Notes: generated by a model from the sequence alone, not told the origin. DNA of 64,000 nt from Octopus bimaculoides (GCF_001194135.2 NC_068984.1:92828809-92892808); one strand, 5' to 3'. Positions 1 to 12,194 are shown, counted from the stretch's first letter. Program-made: numbers and translations.

Positions 1-33
<33 letters not shown>
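1..33. repeat. (TA)n microsatellite
   Basis: Direct reading. Many more (TA)n, (CA)n and (TG)n tracts flank the gaps throughout the window. Confidence 0.95.
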
Positions 34-35
<2 letters not shown>

Positions 36-1358
36 GAGAATTTACAAAAAAAACAACAGACGAAGACAGGTGGTGTAAACAACAAATGGATGTATTAGTA
101 TAACTCTCGGGAATAGAGAAAGTCTTTGATGTTTCGAGCCTACACTCTTCAACTGAAAGGAACACAGAAAGAAACAAGGAGACAAAAAAAAATATAAATG
201 TAGTGGTCAGCAATCTATCATGGCAAATGCCGGACAGAAGGATCACACAGGAGAGCTAAGAAAAAGGGGAGATGACAAAGAAGTGGTGAACCCAAGATGA
301 GTAGTTGCATGTGCGTGAGAGAATCCTGGTGATCTTAACGTATGCATGTGTGTATGTAGGTGTGGAGGTGTGAAAATGTGGGGAAGGGAATTGGTCAGTG
401 CTAGTGTGTGCGTAGTGGTGTGTTGTGTGATATGGTGTAGCGTGGTGTGATGTGAAGGTGTTGAGAGGTGGGGAGGCGAGAGTGGGGAAAGCATGGGTGG
501 AGTGTGGGTTAGGCTGAGGGTGAGGGTAGGGGTATGTAGGTAGGCAGAGGTTGGGGTGGGTGTAAGGGATGGGAAGGTAGGGTATGAGTGTGTAGGGGTG
601 GGATGGGCTTATGAGGGGGGTTGACAATGAAGGGGGAAGGAGAAGGTGGATATAAGAGAAGGGGAAGGTGGGTATGGGAGGAGAGAGAAAGAGTAGGGGT
701 GAAGAGAAGTAGGATAGAAGAGAAGTAATGAGAAGTCGGAGCAGGAGAGGTGGGTGGGAAGAGGTAGGAGGGAAGGCGGAGGGGAGAGAGAGGCAAGGGG
801 NNNNNNNNNNNNNNNNNNNNNNNNNNNNNNNNNNNNNNNNNNNNNNNNNNNNNNNNNNNNNNNNNNNNNNNNNNNNNNNNNNNNNNNNNNNNNNNNNNNN
901 NNNNNNNNNNNNNNNNNNNNNNNNNNNNNNNNNNNNNNNNNNNNNNNNNNNNNNNNNNNNNNNNNNNNNNNNNNNNNNNNNNNNNNNAGGGGAGGGGGTT
1001 AGATGAAGAGGGGAGGGAAGTTGAGCCCATGTGGCGCAAAGGAATGAAGAGAGAAGATTAATCCCTGTTCACGGCGCAAACGGGAGTCCGGAGGGCCCCT
1101 GTGCAAGGACATTCCAAACACGCTCAGGTGTTGCAGCAAGGAGTGACCGGTAGAGTGTAAATGGCGTGACACCGGGGTGTCATTGCAATCGTTGATGTCT
1201 CAGAGGTGTTCCGCGAATCGGTCGGCCAGGCGGCGCCCTGTTTGACCGTTGTACAGAGAATTGCAGAGGGAGCAGGAGATGCAATAGATGATGTTGATAG
1301 AAGTGCAGGTGAAGGAGTCGGTGATGCGATAGGGTCGATGATGGGTGCCGTTGCCATC
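34..1358 (-). mobile_element. 3' fragment of a Neptune-like Penelope element: GIY-YIG end, purine-rich UTR and terminal tail
   Basis: About 990-1358 is collinear with 55700-56050 (ITDSFTCTST..IYCISCSL). Low-complexity purine tract 250-800 and tail 34-240. Confidence 0.75.
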
Positions 1359-1417
1359 ATAAAACTCAGAGTTTCGGATGTTGGGACGGAAGTGTGCTCC
1401 GGCATCTCGTCAGTTAT
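1359..1417 (-). ncRNA. Type I hammerhead ribozyme motif, PLE pseudo-LTR type
   Basis: ATAA-CTGACGA-GATG...CATC-C-GAA-ACTC-T-GAGT-T-TTAT: stem I ATAA/TTAT, full core, near-palindromic stem III, GUU triplet. Confidence 0.65.
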
Positions 1418-2039
1418 TAAGACAAACAAAAATGCTATGAAAATGACCATTAAATAAAGGGAAATTATTATGGAGATGACTGTTATTAAGACAAACAAAA
1501 GAGCTATGAGAATGACCATTAAATAAAGGGGAATTACCCCAATAGGGAGAAAGTAAAAATACTCGAACAAGGTAAACCCACACTCATAGAATCTGCGTAT
1601 GCGCACATGTACATACATACACGTGCGTGCATGCACACCTATGTGCATATATACATAAGCTCACTCTCACTCGCGTGAAACACATACATGTACACCCACA
1701 CACGCATCTATATGTATATATATATATGCATCCATACCCATTGCATATATATATGTGTGTGTTGGTGTACATGTATGCATTTCACGTGAGTGAGAGTGAG
1801 CATATGCATATATGCACATGCACGTGGGTGGGTGTGCGCACATGTGTATGTATGTACATGAACACATATGTGGATTCTATGAGCATGGGTTTACCTTCTT
1901 TGAGTATTTTTACTTTCTCCTTATTGGGGTAATTCCCCTTTATTTAATGATCATTCTCATAGCATTTTTGTTTGTCTTAATAACTGACGAGATGCCAGAG
2001 CAGACTTCCGCCCTGACATCCGCCCTGACATCCGAAACT
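1363..2039. repeat. Fold-back inverted repeat (arms about 1363-1720 and 1760-2039)
   Basis: 1870-2039 is the reverse complement of about 1367-1600. The inner part is alternating purine-pyrimidine quasi-palindrome. Confidence 0.85.
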
Positions 2040-2151
2040 ATTATTATTATTATGGCAACTGACTAATTGTCACATATTATATTATAGATAAATTCCTCTA
2101 TTTACATAATATCGAGGTCTCATTCATTCTTTTGTTGTCATATTATTATTA

Positions 2152-2190
<39 letters not shown>

Positions 2191-2435
2191 NNNNNNNNNN
2201 NNNNNNNNNNNNNNNNNNNNNNNNNNNNNNNNNNNNNNNNNNNNNNNNNNNNNNNNNNNNNNNNNNNNNNNNNNNNNNNNNNNNNNNNNNNNNNNNNNNN
2301 NNNNNNNNNNNNNNNNNNNNNNNNNNNNNNNNNNNNNNNNNNNNNNNNNNNNNNNNNNNNNNNNNNNNNNNNNNNNNNNNNNNNNNNNNNNNNNNNNNNN
2401 NNNNNNNNNNNNNNNNNNNNNNNNNNNNNNNNNNT

Positions 2436-3000
2436 GATCTTCTGGCTGCCTCTTTAATCTGCGCTGATTTGGTGCCAATTCAAAAGTTTTTCAGTTTCTT
2501 ATTTGTGACCTCCTTTATGCAGATGACTGTGACTTAGTCACTCATACAGTGGAAGACATGCAAATACTTATGAATCGTATTTCTGCTTCTTGCAAGGTAT
2601 TTGGACTCAGTATTAGCCTGGACAAGATTGTTGTAATGTTCCAACCTGCACCAGGAAATCCATATGGGGAACCAGCTATCTTGGTTGAAGGAACAATTCT
2701 GAAAGTGGTAGACAAGTTTGTCTACCTGGGCAGCACACTCAGTCATCACAAGGCAAACAAAAATTGCTGTGTACTGTGCATGTGTACTGACATTGCTCTT
2801 TTACTCATGTAAGACATGGACCCTTTACAAACATCATGTAAGGGTCCTTGAACACTTTCATCAGAGATGTCTCAGACACATTTTGAATGTTAGCTGGACC
2901 TTGAAAACTCTAGACACACAGGTCCTGAGGATAGCTGATATATTGAGTATTGAGGCAATGGTGCACAAGCACCGAATACAGGCACAAATGTGTGTAGAAT
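2436..3000 (+). mobile_element. RTE-clade LINE fragment (RT C-terminal region)
   Basis: Frameshifted ORFs with FGLSISLDK, VVDKFVYLGSTLS and TKIAVYCACVLTLLFYSCKTW...FHQRCLRHIL. Confidence 0.85.
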
Positions 3001-3009
3001 CATAACAGT

Positions 3010-5680
3010 TCTTAGTGGGTATATAATAAACTTAAGGGAGTTGTAAGATCTGGTAATCAATTGTAAATATACCTATTATGACTGATAGGGAAGAAAGTTT
3101 TAGAACCAAAGAGGAAACAATGTAATCTAAGTATAGGATGAATGCAGATTAAACAGTTAGGGGTTATAAGAGGTTATATTATGTATAATTCCATATAATA
3201 GAGGATATGTTATGAAAGATATGATACCCCATCTAATTTCTGCCACCAAATCATAGTATGATAAGTATAATATTATTTGTTTCTAAAATATTTGAAGGTA
3301 CACACACAAGATACTCTAAGGTCTAATCTATTATCAATTAGGTTATTCTTATCTCTATACTTAAAAATTTCATAAACTACCATACAACATAGTTCGCATC
3401 CATATTGGCTATCTTTGTATGGCTGAGCTCCCGGTACCATATCCCATTTAAGGCTAAATTTACTACTGCTATCCTTAAGTTCCCAGATTTTACTAGATAA
3501 CAATGTACTGTTAACTTTATATCTAAGTCTAAAAGATAAAAGATGGTTATTAAAGTGCTTCTTCATATTTATCAAGCACCTGATGTAAATAAAGTTACTA
3601 GTTTCAGTCAATACTGTACATTTGTAAACAACATTTTGGGCTAAACAACAACCTAGTAACGGGCATTGGGATCTTACCCTACAATTGCAGCTGGTGATAT
3701 TATTATTATTATTATTATTATTATTATCATTATTATTATTATTATTAATAGTAGTATTCTATCATTTATAGTATCACTCACATTCGTTGTAGTATTATCA
3801 GGTGTTGTGTCAGCAATGCCTGAGTTATTATATCTAGTGGTATCACTGTTTATATTAGTTCTATTGTTCTGGATTCCTACATAGCCACTATTATTATCCT
3901 CATTATAGGTGTTTAAAACACTATTGACAATATTGTTATTACTAATCTCTTGGGCTAATTTTATATTTCTTCTATTAAATCGGGCTATAATAGTACCTAT
4001 TTTAGGAAGTGGGGATTATGAGATTCTGATTGTCTTATGGGGGAAGATATTATTATACTTATGAGAAGCTGGGAAGTTTTTTTTCTAAAATCGCCATAAA
4101 TTTATTATATATATAAGTAGATATAGCACAATTAAAGGGAATGTTATACCAGACTACATTATTATTTCTAGAATTCTTATATTTATGAAAGTGGATCCTA
4201 TCAATTCTTCTGCTACCTCTCAAACTCTCTGTTTTATTAAATATGGTCTCCTTATCAGTATTTATGTTATCATTAGAGCAGGCTCCATTCATCTCAATCA
4301 TATCCTTACTATTATTATTCATATTATACATTTTACTGTCCTTAAATTCTATTTTCTTATTGTTATACATCTTATTCATTGATTTAATAGGAATGTTAGA
4401 GGCTTTCCAGGTAGGTCTATCTGCTCGACAAGGTGGGCTATTGTTTCGCTTTTCCCTTCTATTTTCATTGCAATTCCTAGTAGCTATCTGACTTTCCGAA
4501 TTAAGGAAAGCAATCTCCTGATTATATCCTGCTTTAGAAAGAGCAGAGTTATAGTAGTGGCAGTATGAATTAAATATATCCCTATTAGCTGATAAATGCG
4601 TAATTCGTCTTGAAATTCCTTTTACTACCGATTTTAATACATTAGGGGAATGATTAGAGGATTTGCTCACATACCTAGTAACTTCATCCGGTTTTCTATA
4701 GCGGTAATATAAACCCGAGTTTATATCTAAAGTAGTGTCTAGAAGTTAGCTACCTTCATGCCGTATTCAAAAGTGTATCCTAGGTTAAAGCTTTTGAAGA
4801 ATTTGCTAATGTTTTTCTGCATTCTTTCTCTGATGGCTTTACTATTACTAGGTATAATGAACAAAGCATCATCCCTATAAAGACCGCCCTGTAGTTCAGG
4901 GATTTCACTACTAAGACACTTTAAGAGATGCACCAACCAAATCAGTAATCTGGGCCAAGTCACTTGAACCCATAGCAATATCAAAATTATTAGGGGTGTT
5001 CCACCTCATCCATAACCTACCCTCAAATTCTATGATAGTTTTCCTAGCTAAAATAATAATATCTATTTTGTCGTTTGTTATAAGAGAGAGGCTTTTAACG
5101 AAAATCAGGGACTTGTTTAAGAGAATAGGGGAGATGCTAGAATAATAACTGTTGATATCAAATTGTATAAACGAGTAATTACTTACATTTTCAATATATG
5201 TGAACCAGTTTATTACTTCATCAGTATTACACCATAATTTAAGAGATAAATTAGGAATTATTAGGAGTAATATCGTATTAAGAAGGGATTTACTAAATCG
5301 ACTAATATCTGATTTAGTTGGGCAAATAATTCTAACAGAGGGATTGTCGTGAAAATTCCTTTTGTGGTCTTTGAGGTTAACCCTGGGTTCATTTGGCTTC
5401 ATTGGTTCCGTTCTAGTTCTATTTAAATCACAGTCCACCATAATTTCTTTAATTTCCAAGTTGATATCAAAGAGATTCTTTTCTGTGGTTACTTTAAATC
5501 TAACATTAAAATCTAATATTAGTCTTCTATAGGTTTCATAGTTTAGCTTATACAAGTTCCCTGTTTTGTCCGTCAGCACAAGTATTCCCGGTTTTTTTCT
5601 GTAGTGATTTAATAAAGTCTTTAAGCTTTCTCAGGTATAAGTTTCTCCTAAGTGCGTGTTCCTTGAAATTTATATAGATA
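3010..5680 (-). mobile_element. Penelope-like element, 3' part (RT and C-terminal GIY-YIG); resembles the Hydra clade
   Basis: TDKTGNLY, FDINSYYSSIS, IAMGSSDLAQITDLVG, GLYRDDAL, SNHSPNV, WYNIPF and ST.LSSKIWELK...C.LC, broken by stops and frameshifts. Confidence 0.88.
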
Positions 5681-8185
5681 CTAGCAAACGCCCCCTCCCC
5701 TCCATTGGTCGGTGTAAGTTCGTGATAGAACTGGAGTCTTAAAATAGTGTAATTCCACTTCTGTCTGTGATGCTCTGGCGACTGCAGTAGAAGCAGCATT
5801 GCGAGCACGCCGGAGTTCTGCTTGTTGAGCAGTCTGTGATGCTCTGGTGATCGAAGTAGAAGCAGCATTGTGAGCACGCCAGAATTCTACTTGTTGAGCT
5901 GTCTGTGATGCTGTGGCGATCGAATTAAAGGCAGAATTGCGAGATGCCAGAATTCTACTTGTTGAGCTGTCTGTGATGCTCTGGCAATCAAATTAGAGGC
6001 AGCATTGCAAGCATGCCGGAGTTCTGCTTGTTGAGCTGTCTGTGATGCTCTTGTGACTGCAGTAGAAACAGCATTCCAAGCACGCCGAAGCACACATTGT
6101 TCTTCTGTCTCACTAACCCGCAAGGAATGCAAAACGGAAGCAATTTTTGTTTTTCTGCCAATGTGAGTTGCTTTTTCGAGGCATTCTATCAAGAATCTGT
6201 AATTGAATGAATCTTTAAAAAATCAATTAAATTTTAACTCATAGCTGTTTACAAGCACTAAATGTGGTATTTCAACACAAAAAATTCCCACAATGCTAAA
6301 ACGCACAATTCGCAATGGTATTGTAAGCACCAAATGGCAGTTGTGAATGAGCATTCACATCTATAAGCACATGTGGTCAGAATGTATTTTGAGAAAATCA
6401 ATATTCTATCAAGCAAAAGTGGAATTGTGGTAACATGTAAATGATCAATGCAAACACCAGTGCACTGACAGGTAGCAGAAGGTAAAGGGTATTTCTAAGA
6501 AATATCACACTTATGTGTGAAATTTAAATAAAAAGAATGTGCAAATCGAAACGGTTTCTAGGACTTCTCTGAAAATGAAAGACAGCCAAAATCGGACTTC
6601 CTTTGGGAAAAAAGGATGTTAGCATTAAAATTGCCGGATCTTTTTTAAAACGGGGGCCACATTTTTCATTAACGAAACACTTTGAAACTTGGAACACTGG
6701 TAGAATGGGTCATATAAAACATCTTTTTCTCTTAGTCTTCTTTAAAAAAAAAGAAATCCATAAATTATTCCATGTTANNNNNNNNNNNNNNNNNNNNNNN
6801 NNNNNNNNNNNNNNNNNNNNNNNNNNNNNNNNNNNNNNNNNNNNNNNNNNNNNNNNNNNNNNNNNNNNNNNNNNNNNNNNNNNNNNNNNNNNNNNNNNNN
6901 NNNNNNNNNNNNNNNNNNNNNNNNNNNNNNNNNNNNNNNNNNNNNNNNNNNNNNNNNNNNNNNNNNNNNNNNNNNNNNNNNNNNNNNNNNNNNNNNNNNN
7001 NNNNNNNNNNNNNNNNNNNNNNNNNNNNNNNNNNNNNNNNNNNNNNNNNNNNNNNNNNNNNNNNNNNNNNNNNNNNNNNNNNNNNNNNNNNNNNNNNNNN
7101 NNNNNNNNNNNNNNNNNNNNNNNNNNNNNNNNNNNNNNNNNNNNNNNNNNNNNNNNNNNNNNNNNNNNNNNNNNNNNNNNNNNNNNNNNNNNNNNNNNNN
7201 NNNNNNNNNNNNNNNNNNNNNNNNNNNNNNNNNNNNNNNNNNNNNNNNNNNNNNNNNNNNNNNNNNNNNNNNNNNNNNNNNNNNNNNNNNNNNNNNNNNN
7301 NNNNNNNNNNNNNNNNNNNNNNNNNNNNNNNNNNNNNNNNNNNNNNNNNNNNNNNNNNNNNNNNNNNNNNNNNNNNNNNNNNNNNNNNNNNNNNNNNNNN
7401 NNNNNNNNNNNNNNNNNNNNNNNNNNNNNNNNNNNNNNNNNNNNNNNNNNNNNNNNNNNNNNNNNNNNNNNNNNNNNNNNNNNNNNNNNNNNNNNNNNNN
7501 NNNNNNNNNNNNNNNNNNNNNNNNNNNNNNNNNNNNNNNNNNNNNNNNNNNNNNNNNNNNNNNNNNNNNNNNNNNNNNNNAAGTTTTAGATATTTGTCAC
7601 CCAAATTTCCACGTTCAATTACCACTCAATTTGTCGTTTTCTACTGTCATTGGATTTTGTTGTAAGAAAATATTCACACAGTTGATTGATCACTAAATAG
7701 CGCCATTTGTTTGTTAAAGTTAATATTTTATTCCATTTTTACTTATTCAAAACAAGTCTTCTAACTCATTTGTGTGAGCTTATTTGTTAAACACAGAATG
7801 ACATTCCTGGATGCACGTGTTCGAGTACAGTTCATTCTAGAATGATATCAATTTTTACTGCAATCACATATGTTCTTTCATGAAATTGCTTAGAAAGCCT
7901 AATGCAATTAATGCTCTGATGCAAATTGGACGAACACAGCGGTTGTTCATACGTGATTTGCGGAATGATAGCTAATAAGCGCTATTGAAATAGGATTTTC
8001 CATCAAGATTTTGATTTAAAAAGGACAAATCTCACTTTGAAAACTAATGATTATGTTATGAAATTTAACTGACGTCTTTTACCTATGTGTAAAATTTCAG
8101 CGCGATCAGTTGAAAAATACGGCCGTTATAATCTTTTACGCTCATACACACACAGAGAGTCAGAATGGGATTTATATATTATAGA
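5681..8185 (-). mobile_element. Non-autonomous Helitron (5' TC, 3' CTAG, A|T target, no TSD), 2505 bp including an 803-N gap
   Basis: 5' end A|TCTATAATATATAAAT and 3' end GCGTTTGCTAG|T. The flanks rejoin into one PLE reading frame. Retains an MPRK start (6184) and 23-aa repeats. No clear 3' hairpin. Confidence 0.8.
5761..6090 (-). repeat. About five 69-bp tandem units encoding STPR-like 23-aa repeats
   Basis: GTCTGTGATGCT recurs at 5763, 5832, 5901, 5969 and 6038. Translation approximates ELRRACNAASTAVARASQTAQQA. Confidence 0.85.
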
Positions 8186-8650
8186 TTAGCTCGAATAAAT
8201 CTTTTTCAAAATTTTCCAGCAGTGGGATAGGTGGAGGTTTTTTCTGCTTTTGAATATCTTATAATTTTTATCATATGTTTCCTGGTCATTTTTCTTCATC
8301 TTAGCTGCATGATGGTAAGCCACCCACCTCATCCTCCCAACAAACTCATTAGTCCTATGAATTAATAGCCACATGTATGTATCCTTAAAATGAATGGGGA
8401 TATCCTTTAGAGAGATTTCCATGTTTACCCTTTCCATCCTGTTAAAGTTAAATACCAGAAACGTCGTATAAGTAAAGTTGATGAGTTTAAGATTCAGTTG
8501 AATTAGGTACTTAGGTTGAGGCACCAAGTCAGTCCGGTATTGTCTGCACAGCTCGAAGTTAGGTTAATAAAAAGCAAATAAGTAACAAGGATGTCCAGGT
8601 ATCAGTGCATTACGGCCGTTTCAAGCGGTTCCATTTAATCGATCAATGCA
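8186..8650 (-). mobile_element. 5' part of the same Hydra-like PLE, with a degenerate hammerhead
   Basis: SLKDIPI...TNEFVGRMRWVAY...FKSRK, then PPPIPLLENFEKDLFEL up to the Helitron junction. Confidence 0.8.
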
Positions 8651-9033
8651 AATATTACATCAATTTGAAATAAACCACTCTCCTTGAAAGCATACGAACA
8701 TGTAGATTTCTAACATGCAGGTTACTCCATTATAATGTTTTAGCAAATTTTTTCTTCAGTACAAGAGATTAAAATAATTACATTGCTTCTTTTTGCTATT
8801 ATTGTAGCAGAATGAATTTAGGGGAAAAAATACCCAAGGCCTACTATAAAATAGAGTGGCAGAAGAAAATAATGGGGNNNNNNNNNNGGGGGGGATCAAG
8901 AAAGAGGAATGGTGATATAAATACATTCATCTTTATCCTTATCACATTCAAAAGACCCAATGCAACGAATGGGCACTCAACCAATTTATTGGGAGTTACA
9001 TATATGGATCAAAACAGTTTGATTCAAATTCGT

Positions 9034-9074
9034 TGGTACTCTTGAGTTTCAAGCGTGATGCTAGTCGTCAGCCA
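9034..9074 (-). ncRNA. Minimal type I hammerhead ribozyme, left arm
   Basis: TGG-CTGACGA-CTAGCATCACGCTT-GAA-ACTC-AA-GAGT-A-CCA. Confidence 0.65.
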
Positions 9075-10692
9075 TTTTGAATTTGAAAGGACAGAAGCTG
9101 ATTGCTATTACCGTAAGGTGGATTGCGATTGATTGAGGAAGGTCACACGGTGTTGTGGTTTGTTGTTGGTAAATGGGTAACAGTTAGTTGGAAAATACTG
9201 CATGGCGAACAGGAAATTGGCTACGTGGAGGACAGGTTGTTGGAGGGAAATAAGAAGGGGCGGCATGTGCGAGTATATAGTTCTGTATGTGGGTGTGTTC
9301 TATATGAGACACGCTTATATAGTTTTGCGTGCATCTGTATATTGATGTGAGTGTGCGCATGTGCACATGGTGCGCACGCGCACGTTTGCACATACATACA
9401 TGCTTGGATGAACACGCGCACACATACATACACACGCATACGCACACATATACATGCATGTACGCATGTACACCAATGTGCATGCACACACGTGCATATG
9501 AGCATTCGCACATGTATGTGCGTAAGTATACATGTGCAAAACAAACATTGGGGATTGGTAAGCGTTGGGATTGCTATGTGTTGGGGGTTGGTAAACGTTG
9601 GGGATTGGTCCTAGTCATAGGTTTGGTTGGTAGCAGTGACCTTGGTGCAGGCGGTGCTGAGTAGCAGCTGGTACTAAGGTGGTATATCCAGGTTGTTGGC
9701 AGTCAGAGGATTGAATTTTGCCAGAAGGGCATATCTCTGGTGACAGCAATACGATAAATCATATTTCTTGTTGATGGATACTGCGGGTTGTTGGAGGAAT
9801 ACGCAGTTTTTTGCAGAGGCAGAGCTGGCAGTTGGAGGTGCCGGGTGAATGTGGTGGCGCTCTGTCGACAATAGTCCACTTGATGCTGGGTATTTCATCT
9901 CGGAGGTCACAGAACCTCCAGAGAAAACGAGACAGGGAAGTTGAGTTCTCTCTGTCCCTGGATCTGAACGAGTGCATATGCTAGGAGTATCTTCCCTTAA
10001 AGTCATTATTTGTCATACCCGTATAGTGCCTAGTAATGCAATCGGATGGCATTATTGCCCCAAAGTCAGCACTACCAACAAATCCCATGAGAAGGATCGC
10101 CATTTACTAATCCCCAACGTTTATCAACCCCCAACGCATACCAATCTCCAGTGCATACCAATTCCCAACGCTTACCAATCCCCCAATGCTTGTTTTGTGC
10201 GTGTATACTCGCGCATGTGCACGTGCGAATGCACATGTGCACGTACACTGGTATGTATGTGTACATGCATGCAAATATACATATATGCATATGCATGTAT
10301 GTGCATGTGTGAGTGTATGTGTGCACGTGCATGCGTGTTCGTCCTAGTGTGTGTAGACGTGCCTGTGTGCACCCATGTACAGATGCACATACTTGCATCG
10401 ATATACACATGCATGCAAAACTATATGAGTGCGTCTACACACCCACATATAAAACTATATACTTGTACATGCCACCTTTCCTACTTCCCCCAACAACCTG
10501 ACCGATTTCTAATCACCACGTCGTGTATGTCTTGTCCTCCACGTGGTCAATTTCCTGTTCGTCATGCGGTATTTTCTAACTAACTGTTACCCATATACCA
10601 ATATCACATCATGATACTTCGAGACCTTCTTCCACCGATCACAGCCCACCTTACGGTAATAACAATCAACTTCTGTCCTTTCAAATTCAAAA

Positions 10693-10733
10693 TGGCTGAC
10701 GACTAGCATCACACTTGAAACTCAAGGGTACCA
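10693..10733 (+). ncRNA. Minimal type I hammerhead ribozyme, right arm (inverted copy)
   Basis: TGG-CTGACGA-CTAGCATCACACTT-GAA-ACTC-AA-GGGT-A-CCA. Confidence 0.6.
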
Positions 10734-10932
10734 ACGAATTTGAACCAAACTGTCTTGATCCATACATGTAATTCCCAATAAATTGGTTGAGTGCTCTTCT
10801 TTCGTTTTCTACTCATTTATATATATANNNNNNNNNNNNNNNNNNNNNNNNNNNNNNNNNNNNNNNNNNNNNNNNNNNNNNNNNNNNNNNNNNNNNNNNN
10901 NNNNNNNNNNNNNNNNNNNNNNNNNNNNNNNN

Positions 10933-12135
10933 GTGTTGAAGTTAAGCCCACCTCTCTGATCTTGTATTGAAATTTTAATGGGTTCGGCAGGGATTTTACC
11001 CAATTAACGCTTTCAACATACTCCTACATACTGGACCGTCTGAAATCGCAGTCAGACTTTTGGATGTACTTCGACCTTTTGAGAGTGATGTTTGTTTATT
11101 TCTCTCCCTTTAATGCCGCCCTCTGTACAAAATTGTACAGTCTCAGCAAAATCTGAAGAAAAGTGTTAAGGTTATGATATAAAATAGAATCCATGTGACC
11201 ATTTCCATTAAAATATCCCATTGACTTTTAAATCCCAATACATTATATGAATAATCGATGTTTCATATGTCGAAGTGCGTAATTATACTCATGGGTCAAT
11301 TTTTTTCAAAATCGGTTCATTATTTTATTGTGAGTGAATTTTGACGATTCTGCCATTCACCAGTTTAATTTTAATTCTACTACATGACTCCGACCACAAA
11401 CTTTACCTAAATGCCAAATTTCATCAAAATCGGATAAAATATTAATCCTGTGTATACAAAAAGCCTATTGATATCTTAAAATCCTCCGCTCATGTGCAAT
11501 TATCGATTTTTGTCAACTCTTCATGCTGGCATCAACTAATGGACATGAACTGTAATCACGTGTAAAATTTCTACAAAATCGATAAGAATGTCTCTAAAGA
11601 AATACTTATTTGCATTTGTGCCCTTTTCAAGCCCTTTTGAATTAAATAAACACCTTTACCATCTCTCCCACCACAAAATTTACCTACATCTCAAATTTCA
11701 TTAAAATCGGATAAAAATATAAAAGTTACGGCTAAAAATAAAATCCATGCAAAACACCTATTGATTTTATAAAACCACTGTTCAGGCGCAATTATCGATT
11801 TTTTGTCAACACCATGTACTGACATCAACTCGTTACTATGAGCCTCACTCACTCATCGATTTTCATCAAAATTGGACAAAAAATGCAAAAGCTGCAGGAA
11901 AAATAACATTGTTATGGGAATTTCCATTCAAACACCCGATTGAACTCACAAAAATCGATGCCAACTGAGCATTATCGTGTTGTCGAAAAATTCCGACCTT
12001 ATTTGAACTTCAGGGCACGTGCTCTACCAATGTGCCAAAAATCATTAAAATCCGTTGGACGGTGTGGGAGGAGTTAGAGTAACCCCAAACACATAGACAG
12101 ACAGACAGACACTGTTACACATTTATGTATATAGA
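10933..12135 (-). mobile_element. Helitron/Helentron-like non-autonomous element
   Basis: End TCTATATACATAAATG followed by (TCTG)n, the same architecture as the Helitron 5' end at 8185. Internal repeated AAAATCGGATAAAA blocks. The other terminus falls in a gap. Confidence 0.45.
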
Positions 12136-12157
12136 AATATATATATGTGTGTGTATG

Positions 12158-12194
<37 letters not shown>

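Larger units (their letters stand above)
8966..10806 (-). mobile_element. 5'-truncated PLE: GIY-YIG end (9650-10010) between inverted pseudo-LTR copies
   Basis: About 8966-9640 and 10050-10806 are reverse complements. The centre encodes STSLSRFLW..IKWTIVDRAPPHSPGTSNCQLCLC. Confidence 0.8.

Noticed and set aside
5761-6090. 69-bp repeat array as a CRISPR array
   Set aside because: Units are contiguous with no unique spacers, have a codon-multiple period, and lie in a eukaryotic context with no cas genes.
6603-7665. Long ORFs spanning N-runs, also at 51933-52682, 54592-55517 and 61254-61992
   Set aside because: Open only because gaps translate as X.
9184-10583. His/Cys/Met/Val-rich ORFs here and at 1584-1932, 22318-22605 and 45731-45983
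   Set aside because: Artefacts of (CA)n, (TG)n and (TA)n-like alternating purine-pyrimidine tracts.
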